NCBI GenBank assembly: GCA_051362555.1
Contig: CM120649.1
Coordinates: 7,812,001-7,876,000 of the forward strand
DNA: 64,000 nucleotides
Source of the DNA: Lingula anatina
Lineage: Eukaryota; Animalia; Brachiopoda
Reading direction: 5' to 3'
The notes beneath the pieces were generated by a model. The model made no database searches and was not told the origin of the DNA. It worked only from the letters and a program-made list of their open reading frames with translations. This document shows, one piece after another, positions 25,501-36,878 of this stretch. Every line of letters begins with the position of its first letter. The first letter of the stretch is position 1. The position numbers and the translations under genes are program-made.

Positions 25501-26637
25501 TGATAATGTTGGACAAGCGATAACTTGACAGAGTTAAGATCTGTCACTTGTTTCATATCAATGTACAGTACATTTTGCATGCTTTGTCCGACCTTAACTG
25601 CTATGCTGGTCTTACCGATACCCCCCATCCCGGTCAGGAGAATGAGTGGAACTTTATCTCTGATATGTTGCTGTATCGTGGTAATGATGCCATCACGACC
25701 CTTCAGATCTGTGTTTATTCTAGGTAACATCCTGGAGAGCAGCTGGCAAGGGGTTTCTGTAAAGGTTTCTGGACATTAAAATCTAAAAATAGGAAACTGT
25801 AAACACATTTTTCACCTTGTGTTGGCCATATTTAACACTTTTATATATGAAAATATACAGCTGGAGTGTCAGAATCTTTTAACATTAGAATGTTATAAGA
25901 CTATGGAATCATTATCTCTGCCATTGGTTTTGCCTGTGCTTTTATAAATGTGACTCAACGGTGTGTGTGTGTGTGTGTGTGTAGTGTGTTTGTGTGTGTG
26001 TTTTTATTAGCTCTGGTTGTATTGATGTGAAATATTGAATATTTTGCAGAAATCTACCTGAAGCGTCCAACGGCTGAATCAGCAAATTGTCGTAGTCGTC
26101 ACTAGTATTCGATGTCGACAGAGACCGCAGAATAGCTTTCAGATCATCAAACTGGGTCTTGAAGTCTGCGTCTGAGAGACCTCCTGTTCCGTGAGCGTGC
26201 TTATTGCGGTATCCCTTCACCCTGCCGATTTTGGCCTCTGTAGAAGTGTCCGTGTCTGGAGCATTGTCCCATTTTGCATGAGGATTCAAGTTTGTGATAT
26301 TTCTTAATAAGATTACAGTCAGGGTTATATCCAAGTCGTGCAATGTCACAGGAGGGGCAGGGTTCCCAGGGGGATAGAGGATATCCATTTGACTTCGATT
26401 CAGAATGTTTCTTCTCTTCACTCCCCTCGTCTTTAAACTGAGTAATGTATGTTTCACATTTTTGTCATTTAGGACATCAGATATCACGTCATTACTTGAT
26501 GGCCCATACAGCCCTGGATATTGTGCTTGTAACTGGTTACTGAGAACACCCCGAAGTACTAGGGTAGCACGTTCCAGTAGCAGGTCCATGCGGAAACGGT
26601 TTTCCTTCTCTTTTCTAGGAATTTCCCCAGTGGCCAT
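19594..26637 (-). CDS. NLR-like STAND protein: DZIP3-like HEPN + NB-ARC + ~38 TPR repeats; coding exons 26637-26058 and 25756-19594 (frameshifts in the distal repeats; open to 20460 as assembled)
   Basis: Exon 1 has DLDITLTVILLRN...W...D.STEAKIGRVKGYRNKHAH (HEPN_DZIP3-like). Donor CAG|GTAGAT and acceptor TTACAG|AA are both phase 1 and are conserved in the paralog. Walker A GMGGIGKTS, Walker B FILDN, GxP GYNPLAL, MHD-equivalent VHPLL, then 42-aa TPRs. About 1958 aa as assembled, about 2247 aa if the indels are corrected. Confidence 0.9.
19680..24480 (-). repeat. Coding tandem array, 126-bp unit, ~38 copies (42-aa kinesin-light-chain-type TPR)
   Basis: Unit TxxSYNNIGSVLQxMGEYKESLDYHKKCLxLxxEILGPKHPx counted 32 times in the long ORF and 6 more times in the frameshifted tail. 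Confidence 0.97.
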
Positions 26638-27840
26638 TTCTGGTCAAGATTACTGCAAAGAGTCAAGAGAGGAGTTATAGGGTTCGTCAACATATTTCCA
26701 TTATCTCGTAATTACTTACGATAAGACAAATGCGATAGAGGTAATACAATTGTCATCATTGCAAAGATATTTGTTTTTCATCTACATATGACTGTAGTGT
26801 AACACTTTATATCATAAAGAGTCCTCGGTGTATGGTGTAGTGTTCACAAATATAACGTGTAGTGTTCACAAATATAATTCCCAGACATGTAAATTAGAGT
26901 CGATTGCTTGTGCACTCGACTCGTTTTATGGCCTTACCTGAAGTCATGTAACTTAAGTGGACGTGTGCAATTTGAATAATTAAAATTAGTATGTACCGCC
27001 AAATACTGCAGCACAGAATCCACCTAAAGATAAGAAATAAGTATAAAAGACGTATAGAATTAATATCGGGGGACAGACTGAAGAATACTCGAAGGAGACC
27101 GCTCGACGGAGCTATGGGAGACGGCCTAGAGCTTGGAGGCTTCACGTATAGAACATGTAGTTAGAGATCGTCAACCAATAAACCATTAAACTGGTCATTA
27201 TGTGGACTTGAGTTTTCTTTGCGCGACCTCACGTAAATCTGACACGAACCGTGGAATTTTGAATTGCGTTATCCACTGAGTAAGTCTAAAACGTAATGTC
27301 CTATTTCGAGCCCACGCTTGAATTAAGCGTACAAAAATTATATAAGTTTAGGACATTCATCTCATATGTATATGTCAAGGTACATAACAATGGCATATAT
27401 GTTTAATGTGTCAGCGTGTACTGTGGGCGATAAAGGTTTATAATTTTCCTGTTTTAAAAGTCTTATACTCTATTTGATAAATATAAGAAGGGATTAATAC
27501 AAAAAAAGCATTCACCTCTATGGGTATTCTAGCACAATTGTTTTTATATGATCTTATTTCCGCATATTTGTTCCATTATCATATTGCCAACATTTGCGTT
27601 TCAAATATACTATACAAATACCGGCTTAGCAGGCTCGTGAAAGTTAATGATCCATGCAAATTCACTGCTTTTAAGTAAGTGAAGAAAAATCAGTCATGGA
27701 GCAAACAACACTTGCTGGCTTCAGCAGGGAAAGTTGATTCTATCCAAAGAGAAAATGATGGAGCAATGTATGCAGAGCATAAGCGTAATAAGTAGAAAAC
27801 ATTGAAAAACAAACATTGCTTGATGAGTTTTCTAGAATTT

Positions 27841-30054
27841 AACAAGGCAGCAAAGCTGTCAAATGTACAGACAAAAAAAAAAAAAAACAGAAAATAAAGA
27901 TGCAAATAAGTGAAAAATTAAATTTTCACAAAAAACTGTTAAATTGCCAGAAAAATTTACCAAACAGACTGCATTGCCTATTGAAGCTGTATGTTAGACC
28001 CATGTTTCTTTCCTGTAAGTTTGAGAACAGTAAGTGACATGATTTCCCTTAAATGGTCATCATAGGAGCAGTGCCCAAAATAGGGGTTTCTTCAAATTTT
28101 GATGCAACATTACATAATGTTGAACAGCATGATGACAATCAAATGTTATTAATAAAATATTAGTAACATGGACATTCAGAAAATGTGACAAGCAAAAGTC
28201 TTCAGGATCATGGAACTTAAAAGTCACACCTTGTACATGCCAATATGTGAAAAATTAAATTTTCACAAAAAACTGTTAAACTGCCAAAAAAAAGAAAAAA
28301 AAAATACCAAACAGACTGCATGGCCTACTGAAGCTGTATTTTAGTCCCAGGTTTCTTTCCTGTAAGTTTGAGAACAGTAAGTGACATGATTTTCCTTAAA
28401 TGGTCATCATGGAAGCAGTGCCCAAAAAAGGGGTTTCTTCAAATTTTGATGCAATATTACATAATGTTTAACAGCTTAATGACCATCAATTTTTAATTAT
28501 AAAATATTTGTATCACAGATATTCAGAAAATGTGACTAGCAAAGGTCTTCAGGCCCATGGAACTTCAAAGTCACATATTGAAAATGCCAAAATGTAAACA
28601 AGACAGCACTGTTCTGAAATGGGTTTCTTTCCATTTTTAACACTTTTTTAACATAAAACAAAATAAACATTTTACTGCCATTTTTATATGACCAACTAAG
28701 AAAATTGATGAGATGGGAAAACTATCAATAGAACAGTGTTAAATGTCCAATTTCCTCCATTCTGAGATTCTGAACATAGTGGATGATTGAATCTGACAAA
28801 CTGCAATGATATGAGTTTATTTCCATTTTTGACACTTTATTACACAATACATGATAACAAGTTTACCATGTTTTTTACATAATCAACTAACAATGTTGTA
28901 AAGATGCAGGAAATATCAAACAAACACTTTTAGGCATCTTATTAGTTAAATAATGAGACTGTTAACATGCCTAATAATTGAATCTGAAGACATGTGAAAA
29001 AACAGTATAACTTCTAAAATAATGGCCCGATTATGCTGATTTTCGAACTCATCCTGCGTTTTAGTAAGATTGACCACTCCTGTGAGTATAATTACAATTG
29101 GCCAATCTGTTTTTCTTATATTGTGTTATCAGTGTTGCATTTATATTGAAAATAGTGAAAAAACAGTATAAATTCCCTAAAAATGGCCCAATCATGCTGT
29201 TTTTCAAACTTGACCTGCGTATTATGAATATTCATCAGTTCTGTAAGTTTCAAGTCAAAAGGTAAAATGGTTTTCTACTTATCGTGTTATCGGTGCTGCA
29301 TATATGCTGAAAAAAGTGAAAAAACAGCATAAATTCCCTTAAAGTGACCCAATCATGCTGATTTTCGAACTCGACCTGCGTATTATGAATATTCATCAGT
29401 TCTGTAAGTTTCAAGTCAAAAGGTAAAATGGTTTTCTACTTATCGTGTTATCGGTGCTGCATATATGCTGAAAAAAGTGAAAAAACAGCATAAATTCCCT
29501 TAAAGTGACCCAATCATGCTGATTTTCGAACTCGACCTGCGTATTATGAATATTCATCAGTTCTGTAAGTTTCAAGTCAAAAGGTAAAATGGTTTTCCAC
29601 TTATCGTGTTATCGGTGCTGCATATATGCTGAAAAAAGTGAAAAAACAGCATAAATTCCCTAAAAGTGACCCGATCGTGCTGATTTTCGAACTTGACCTG
29701 CGTATTATGAATATTCATCAGTTCTGTAAGTTTCAAGTCAAAAGGTAAAATGGTTTTCCACTTATCGTGTTATCGGTGCTGCATATATGCTGAAAAAAGT
29801 GAAAAAACAGCATAAATTCCCTAAAAGTGACCCGATCATGCTGATTTTCGAACTTGACCTGCGTATTATGAATATTCATCAGTTTTGCAAGTTTCAAGTC
29901 AAAAGGTAAAATGGTTTTCCACTTATCGTGTTATCGGTAAAAGTGCACGGCGACGACGGCGACGACGGCGACGACGGCGCCGACGGCGACGACGGCGACG
30001 ACAGACGCAGATGATGGCTATATGTACAGACACATCTGTGTCTGTACATAAAAA
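27841..30054 (+). mobile_element. Helentron/HINE-like non-autonomous element with internal ~350-bp and 161-bp tandem repeats
   Basis: 5' aacaaggcagcaaagctgtcaaatgtacagac, 161-bp unit ~6 times (28990-29940), (CGACGACGG)n tract, 3' hairpin atgtacagacac-atct-gtgtctgtacat; second copy at 43464-46141. Confidence 0.75.
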
Positions 30055-30186
30055 GTTGAAATCCAAAACCTACTACTCCACCATTTAAACAGAAGTGTTC
30101 TCTCTATTCAGATCAATGCAATTCAATAGCGTGTGTGTCATACATGAACAACTGGTATCAATTTGATGGTGAATAATTTCAATTGG

Positions 30187-30191
<5 letters not shown>

Positions 30192-30249
<58 letters not shown>
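30192..30249. repeat. (TA)n microsatellite
   Basis: Seen directly in the sequence. Confidence 0.95.
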
Positions 30250-30252
<3 letters not shown>

Positions 30253-31029
30253 TCTTCCTATTTTTTGCATTAAAAGACGTGATATTTTGTTTGAACAAAT
30301 TCCCAGAAAATTTAACGACGGAATTTATACATGGTCAAGACTGTGTTTGATTGGATAAGCAGCGGTCGCTCTAAAATATATAACCAAACTACGTTTTTCT
30401 GTGGGTGGCGTTCATGTATTCCAGTTCACGTAGAGAGAAGCAAGAACTACTTGTACTTGTCCTGTTGATATCAACGAGTTACTTGCTGGAAAAAATTCCA
30501 CGAAGCTTGAAGTTGCAAAATCGTGCACGTGCTTATTTTCAGTCACCTTGTTTTCTAACAACTTTCTGCATCGACCGACAGCGCGACCAAGTACGACACA
30601 GGAGAAAAATAATGCCAATCCTTAAAACGTTGTCATAATTATGCGATTTTTGCATGAATGCAGTCTGTTATGCCCATATTTAATTATTGTTTGGTGTTTC
30701 ATGGTAAGTGCTGCAATTAAAACAATGTTTTAGGGTCCCTAAAAGACCTTTAAAATTTTTGCATATGTGTGTGTGTGTGCTTGTGTGTGTCTTTGTGTGT
30801 GTGTCTCTCTCTCTGTGCTTTTAATTAAGTTTTATGATTGGACAGTGCGTCTTTAACACAATCATTTTCCCCGTACGCATTTTAGTCCTGCATAACGTAG
30901 TGTGGCTGTTTGAAATTGACTGCCAGTTTCTTCTGACAATTGTGGAAGAATTGAATTGTGGAAGAAATTCTCTCACGCCGGAGACAAAATCCTTTTATTT
31001 TCATTATTTTAGTTGCATCACAAGATTAA

Positions 31030-31981
31030 TATGGGCGGCCCACAGGGCAAAAATTCATGACGATGTTGGACATGTCCAAAAGATTCTACGAATAGCCTGC
31101 GAACAGCAAGGCCTCAAGCGTAACTTGCTCCCCTCGCAAGGAGTTAGCAAGAGAGACGCGCGTTGTGCAAGACGCACGTCGCAAGCAATGAAGAAGCAAG
31201 TGCTCTCACAACTAACGAACAAAGTCGAGAGCACACCGGGAATGCGTCGCACGTGCGTCATCCCCCGGCTGGTGTATAAAAGGCGTGCTGAGGACGCACG
31301 CTCATATCTTTACAAAGAACATCGACTGTGTAACGTGTACAACAATTTTCAAAATTTTCTAATTTTTGCTCAATTTAGTATCTAATATGCCTCCAAGGGG
31401 CAAAAGAAAGAACCTTACATAGTAGAAAAGGGAGGAGGAAGAAGAAAGAAAAGGAGAACAGGAAGCAAAACTGACGCACGCCGTCAGTACGTCAACACGT
31501 CAACGTGCCAGGAAAGTGTGAAGCAAAACTGACGCAAAAGGGCACTACTTTCGCCGTGCGGTCATCGCTCCTTGCAATTAGCGCCCGTGCTTGAAAGGAC
31601 ATCTCATGTGGCCCTTGCGACTCGCAAGGCAGATTTTCTTCTACCTCTACGACCTCCACGGCCTCCGCAACACCCAAAATTCGCAGGGGACGTACATGTA
31701 AGATCCTGAAATTCGTGCGTCCGGTTGTGACCGAGGTTTACAGGATCGACGAAAATAGACGATTGACGAGAATAGTTAGACGATCGACGAAAATAGCGAG
31801 AGAATTGGTTTTGGTACACCGTAGATGAGAAATGTTTGACAATTGAAATGACGAGAATAGATGTTGAATTTATGATAGGTTAAGATAGGTTTAAACTTGA
31901 AACTGAATCGATGGGAAGGCAGTGAATCGACGAAACATAACTGAATCGACGTCATAAATTTTGCCCTTTTGGCCGCCCATA
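31030..31981. mobile_element. ~950-bp non-autonomous DNA transposon with ~32-bp TIRs
   Basis: tatgggcggcccacagggcaaaaattcatgacg versus the reverse complement of the right end, tatgggcggccaaaagggcaaaatttatgacg. Confidence 0.75.
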
Positions 31982-33073
31982 GATTCACATGCCATATTTA
32001 TAATATTCCCCACGTCTCAGATCATTTTTGGTACTAAATTAAACACCTATTACATGTTTTCTCTATGAGAATAAGTGTGTTTTAGTTGCCCTAACGCTGT
32101 GCTGTAAATACTGTGTCAATACACAAACACGACAATACCTGCACGCGAACTTATTGATCTTATAGTTGTTTGTCAGTGCGCTTAGATACACGTAGCAGCG
32201 CCTACCAAATAATAGTGAAAGAAGGAAGTATACATTTTAAGCAAGGAGCCTGATTACAAATCTAGAAAAAATCTACACTGCATCTTCAAGTGTCTTTAAC
32301 CCTTTTAATGTGATAATAGCTAGACTATATCATGAACATATAGCATGTATATTGAACTTACCGTAAGTTGAATTAGATCGAAATATACTTGTGCCGAGCG
32401 GCTTAGGCCTACTTCTTGACCTAATGGCGTTTTCTCGAAAAGAGTTGTACTTCTGTCTGTGTACTTCTATATCTCTAAAATCTAGTTGAACTAAGAATAT
32501 AAACAGTGTTTGACATAGATGAATTGTCCAGCACTGTTAATCAGCAGCAGTAAGCGTATTTATGTGCACTCTGTCTGATATCCACACGAAGTATGAAAGG
32601 GAGGATGACGTCATCTGGGAATTTTTGAAGGGAAACTTTTTCAGTAACTTGAAAGGAAAAACTCTCGAAATTTGGAAACAAACTGCAATTGTCAACCCTT
32701 TTGAATGGATATGGTTGTTTCAAGAGGACTAAGTGGCCTCTTTTTTTATATGATAACCAAAATAAACGTTGTTTGCAATACACAATATCCTAAATATAAC
32801 TTGACCTCAATAAGGTCATGGTGTGTTCAAGGTCATCGTATTCTCGTCAACAAAATGACATCCCTTCTCATATCAGCACAGCACAGCGTTTCTCCTACAT
32901 TGTCGTTAAGTATAATGTCACAGGACATTCAGACCTGTTATCCCTTTCTTTTTTGCTCTGTGCTGGACTGTAGTAGCTAACAGAAACCTGACATAAATCA
33001 AGGAGAAGTTATTGTCAATGGACTGCCATTTGTTTACTATTACGGTCCAACAGCATATGACGTGCGTTGTAAA

Positions 33074-33454
33074 CCCCCCGTTACACTTATTCAGAATCAG
33101 CAGGAATCAAGCAGAATGAGCCTAAATGAAAAATTTCCAAAATTCGCACCAGATGTTTTGCTCTTTCCACTGGAATGGTAACTGATCAGAATGTTTTGAA
33201 TGTTGCCAGAATGCCGTGAGAATATTTAAAGTGCAGTCATAGATAACATGCTATTCAAATGCCATTCAATAATTTTCCACTTGGAATGCACTTCGAAAGA
33301 TTTTAACTTTCGGGCCGACCACAAGAATGGGTAAAAATAGGCCTATTTGGAATGCGCTCTGAATTTTTATAATGCTCTTCGAATATCCAGGAACGCACAA
33401 AGAATTGTCTTTCCGACGCCATTCTTGCTCATTCCGCCTCTAGTGTGACGGGAG
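33074..33454. mobile_element. MITE
   Basis: cccccgttacact ... agtgtgacgggag inverted ends, with many internal gaatg/cattc motifs. Confidence 0.5.
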
Positions 33455-33620
33455 TACATGTATAAACGAACGGCACACATACCCGGTACATCAAGGGACC
33501 AAAGTAACAAGTCTTACCAGTCACCCGAACGACAGTTTCAGGCTTTGCGTTTCTTTTTTCGATGTGATACGTATCATTAACTTAAAATGTTTCGTGAATA
33601 TCTAGCTTGTTCGGTTAGGA

Positions 33621-33651
<31 letters not shown>

Positions 33652-36600
33652 ACCCCCACCCCACCCCCGGGCCCATACTTATTTAATCCCAAGGTTGGAA
33701 AGTACTGTAGGTAGTCTGGCTCGGGAGAAATGCCACTATCTCCACATCTGGTTTCTATCAGTTTTCTTCAGAGCTTGGGACAAATATATAAAGCTCCTCA
33801 GGTTGGGAAATCAGGAGGGGGTGGGGGTGGGGTAAAAAATTGTTGACAGGCGTGTCTTCTCAATATGGAAACTTCTAATTTTGGTAATTTCATTTTAAAC
33901 ACTTACAAACATAATGAATTCTCTTTTTCGTTTTAATGTAATTTTTCACACATTTCTGTAATTATCGCCTGAATTTAAATACTAATGCGAAATGCCACAC
34001 TTTGATTTCCTAGAATAACGAGAGAAAGAGAGAGACGAAGAGAGAGATAGAGAGCCGAAGAGAGAGAGAGCGAGAGAGGGGAGTTTAAGGGCCTTTTAAA
34101 TTGTACATGATCCTGCGCCCCCTCTCCCTTTGTTGGGAAAATTACGGCTTCTCAGACCAGGGAATCTTTTGCTTTCCTCCTTTTTTTTCGTTTAACTTTT
34201 ACATATTAAAGTGAAAACGTTTCCTTTTCATATAAATGTAATTCTTCACACATTTCTTTCAATGGCCCGAACTAGAGGGGCTTGTTATATATTCGGACTA
34301 CACTCACGTCGGGCTCTCAGAAGTGTCCATGGACGTCCGTAGAAAATTTTTCAGGGGGGGGGGGGGGGGGTCAAAGTCACTATTCTATATCCCCTTACCC
34401 TGTGATGGTCCCCATGAAGGAATAGTTTTTCAAATAAATAGATTTTTCATCATTTTCGCCACATCAAGATCATAAGCGACATAAAAGATTCCACTGTTGT
34501 CGGATTTCTGCAGCTGCTGGTATTTTATCTTTTATGTCAAACAAAGTACTAGAACCATATGCTACCTTGCATGTGCAGGTTATATATAAACACAAATGTA
34601 CACGAAGATACGGCCAATAGGATATGCAAGAACAATTTGGCGAGAGTTTGCACAGAGAAATGTCCTAACTCTGATATTGTCAGAGAGGGCTCCGTCAGTT
34701 AAAATCTTTTAAGAGATTTTAACAAAAAATCAAGCTCTTAGGGAAAAAAAACCTAGACTAACTTTGAAATATATATAATATTATTATGATAACAGAGAAA
34801 AGAAATGCGTGTGCATGATAATGTAAAAAGCAACGCTGTCAAATACTGGATAAAACTAAAGATAAGTTTATTATACATCTCTTGGACTGTCATTGGCTAT
34901 GTGTACATTTCTCCAAGTGAATATTTTCATATCGATATACATATTAATTGTATAAATTTTACGTATTATTCTCAGCATCTTTAATAATGTTAATGTAATA
35001 CACACACTGTTACCATGGATCCCAAATGGATGCTGTAAATCAACCAATGAGATATGTAGTCACATCTGAATTTTCCCAATATGCAACACTAATTGCCCTG
35101 GAAGTTAGTAACACTTCCACTAATTGGTTGAGCTACTGCATTAACAACTAATCAAATAAGCAAGCACTTGAACACTTAAGACAACCGTTTTCCCCAACTT
35201 TCATCTGGAAATAAAGCTACGGCACATGTTCTGATTATGCTAGATAACTTTTACGACAAACAAGTAACATTTACATGGTTTTCTTTAAGAAAACTTTTCA
35301 ATCACCAGAACAGAAATGTCAAAATTTCATCGAAATTAACAATAGAGAAGAATAATCCAAAGCCTTATTTTCTATTACCTACAGTTTTCCCATCAGTTGT
35401 CCAATTCCCACAATACCGGTAGAATAATATCTAACTGGCTGTTATTTTACCGAAGTAATTCAAGTGTGTTGTCAAGGTCAAAAATACATTCTAGCAAGGT
35501 TTCCATGGCATGACTGGACCTTTCACATTGCAATACAGAAGAGCCTTTTCTTAGTACAGCAGCATTTATTTAGTCAAAACAATAGCTTTCACCTTGTGAC
35601 TCACACATATCCGGCACATCAAATATTACCTCTATATTGGCAAACTAGCATAAGAGCTGGCACGTGTAATGAGAAGTGCCACAATGAAATAAGAGTCCAA
35701 CTGGTATTCAAAATGGCAGCAGTACTGGTTTACCTTGAACACATTTCATCAAACAGAATCCATCTACATCAAATATTAAATTGACAATATGAATCAATGG
35801 GGTACTTGAAGTGTGTACGACAATCTTATATTTATTAATTCACCTTCTTCTCTCAAATGAATCTTCAAGAACAGGTTTCTGTAACAGGTGACACAACACA
35901 ATGTTGACAAGACGGGAACTGTTCATTGTCACAGCTCACACACGAAACAGCAACTTTCACAAATCACTTGAAGGAAATAATAAGTAAACATTGGTGTGCT
36001 ATTCATTTAAAAGGCAGAAAAAAATGAATAAGCAAATACAAAATAATTAAGACTTAGTTCCTCTTAACATTAATTCTTACAGAAATACTTCAAAAACCTT
36101 ACTCCGAAGCCTACCATAACTTATCTTGTTTACATCTACCAGACTACTTTCTTTTTCCTTGAGATGAACCTTTAATACCACGTAAAACTGCCTAGCAACT
36201 GTACAGTAGTTTCTATGGCGATTCATCCAGTTGCTATGGAAATTCAATTCAATCTCCTATGTACATTTTCTTTCATCAGTTATTTATAAGATACAAGACT
36301 ATGTTCTCTATCAAATCTAAATTCCCTGCCCCACGTAAAGCAAGCTATCTAATTCGCCTTTCTCTCTCCTTGTGGAATCATATAACACAGAAAACTTTAC
36401 AATTGGGTCTACAAGAGCCATAAGATTAGTTAACTTGATACTTAATACAGTTATGATAAAACTGTACACTTCATATTACCATACACATAACTGTTTAGTT
36501 TTAAATTATTGGGAAGAATAAGCTATCACTTTTCATCCTGGAAGAAATTATTTCTGTGCCCTCTTCTGCTATTGGTCCATACATGTAGCTTGTCCTCTAC

Positions 36601-36878
36601 CTCTGCCACTACAATTGTATGTTCTACCGAGCGCAGCTAATCACCACAATTTCCTCTTCCCATGATTCCACAGTACGCAAATTATCATGTCCACCCTGAT
36701 TGGCCATAAAATTTTCATTAATTTCTTTACACCTTTACACCCCTTCTCAAGCGTGCTCTTTATTTATCACTGTCCAGTGCTTCTCAATCTGTCCTTTCTT
36801 CCCTTCATCCTTCCCTCAATCCTGATGACTACATAATGGCTTAAAAAGTGTCTAATGCATCGCACTCCAATCTCCGCA

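Noticed and set aside
25942-26057. C-terminal tail of the 231-aa ORF (GRFLQ…THTHTHT)
   Set aside because: Read-through into the intron and its (CA)n tract; homology with the paralog ends at the donor.
29885-30270. Poly-Arg and poly-(IY) ORFs; likewise poly-Tyr/Ile at 10222-10686 and (CV)n at 52323-52675
   Set aside because: Microsatellite translations with no coding context.
30834-31385. 183-aa ORF
   Set aside because: It straddles the TIR boundary of a transposon, has no recognisable domain, and has no splice support.
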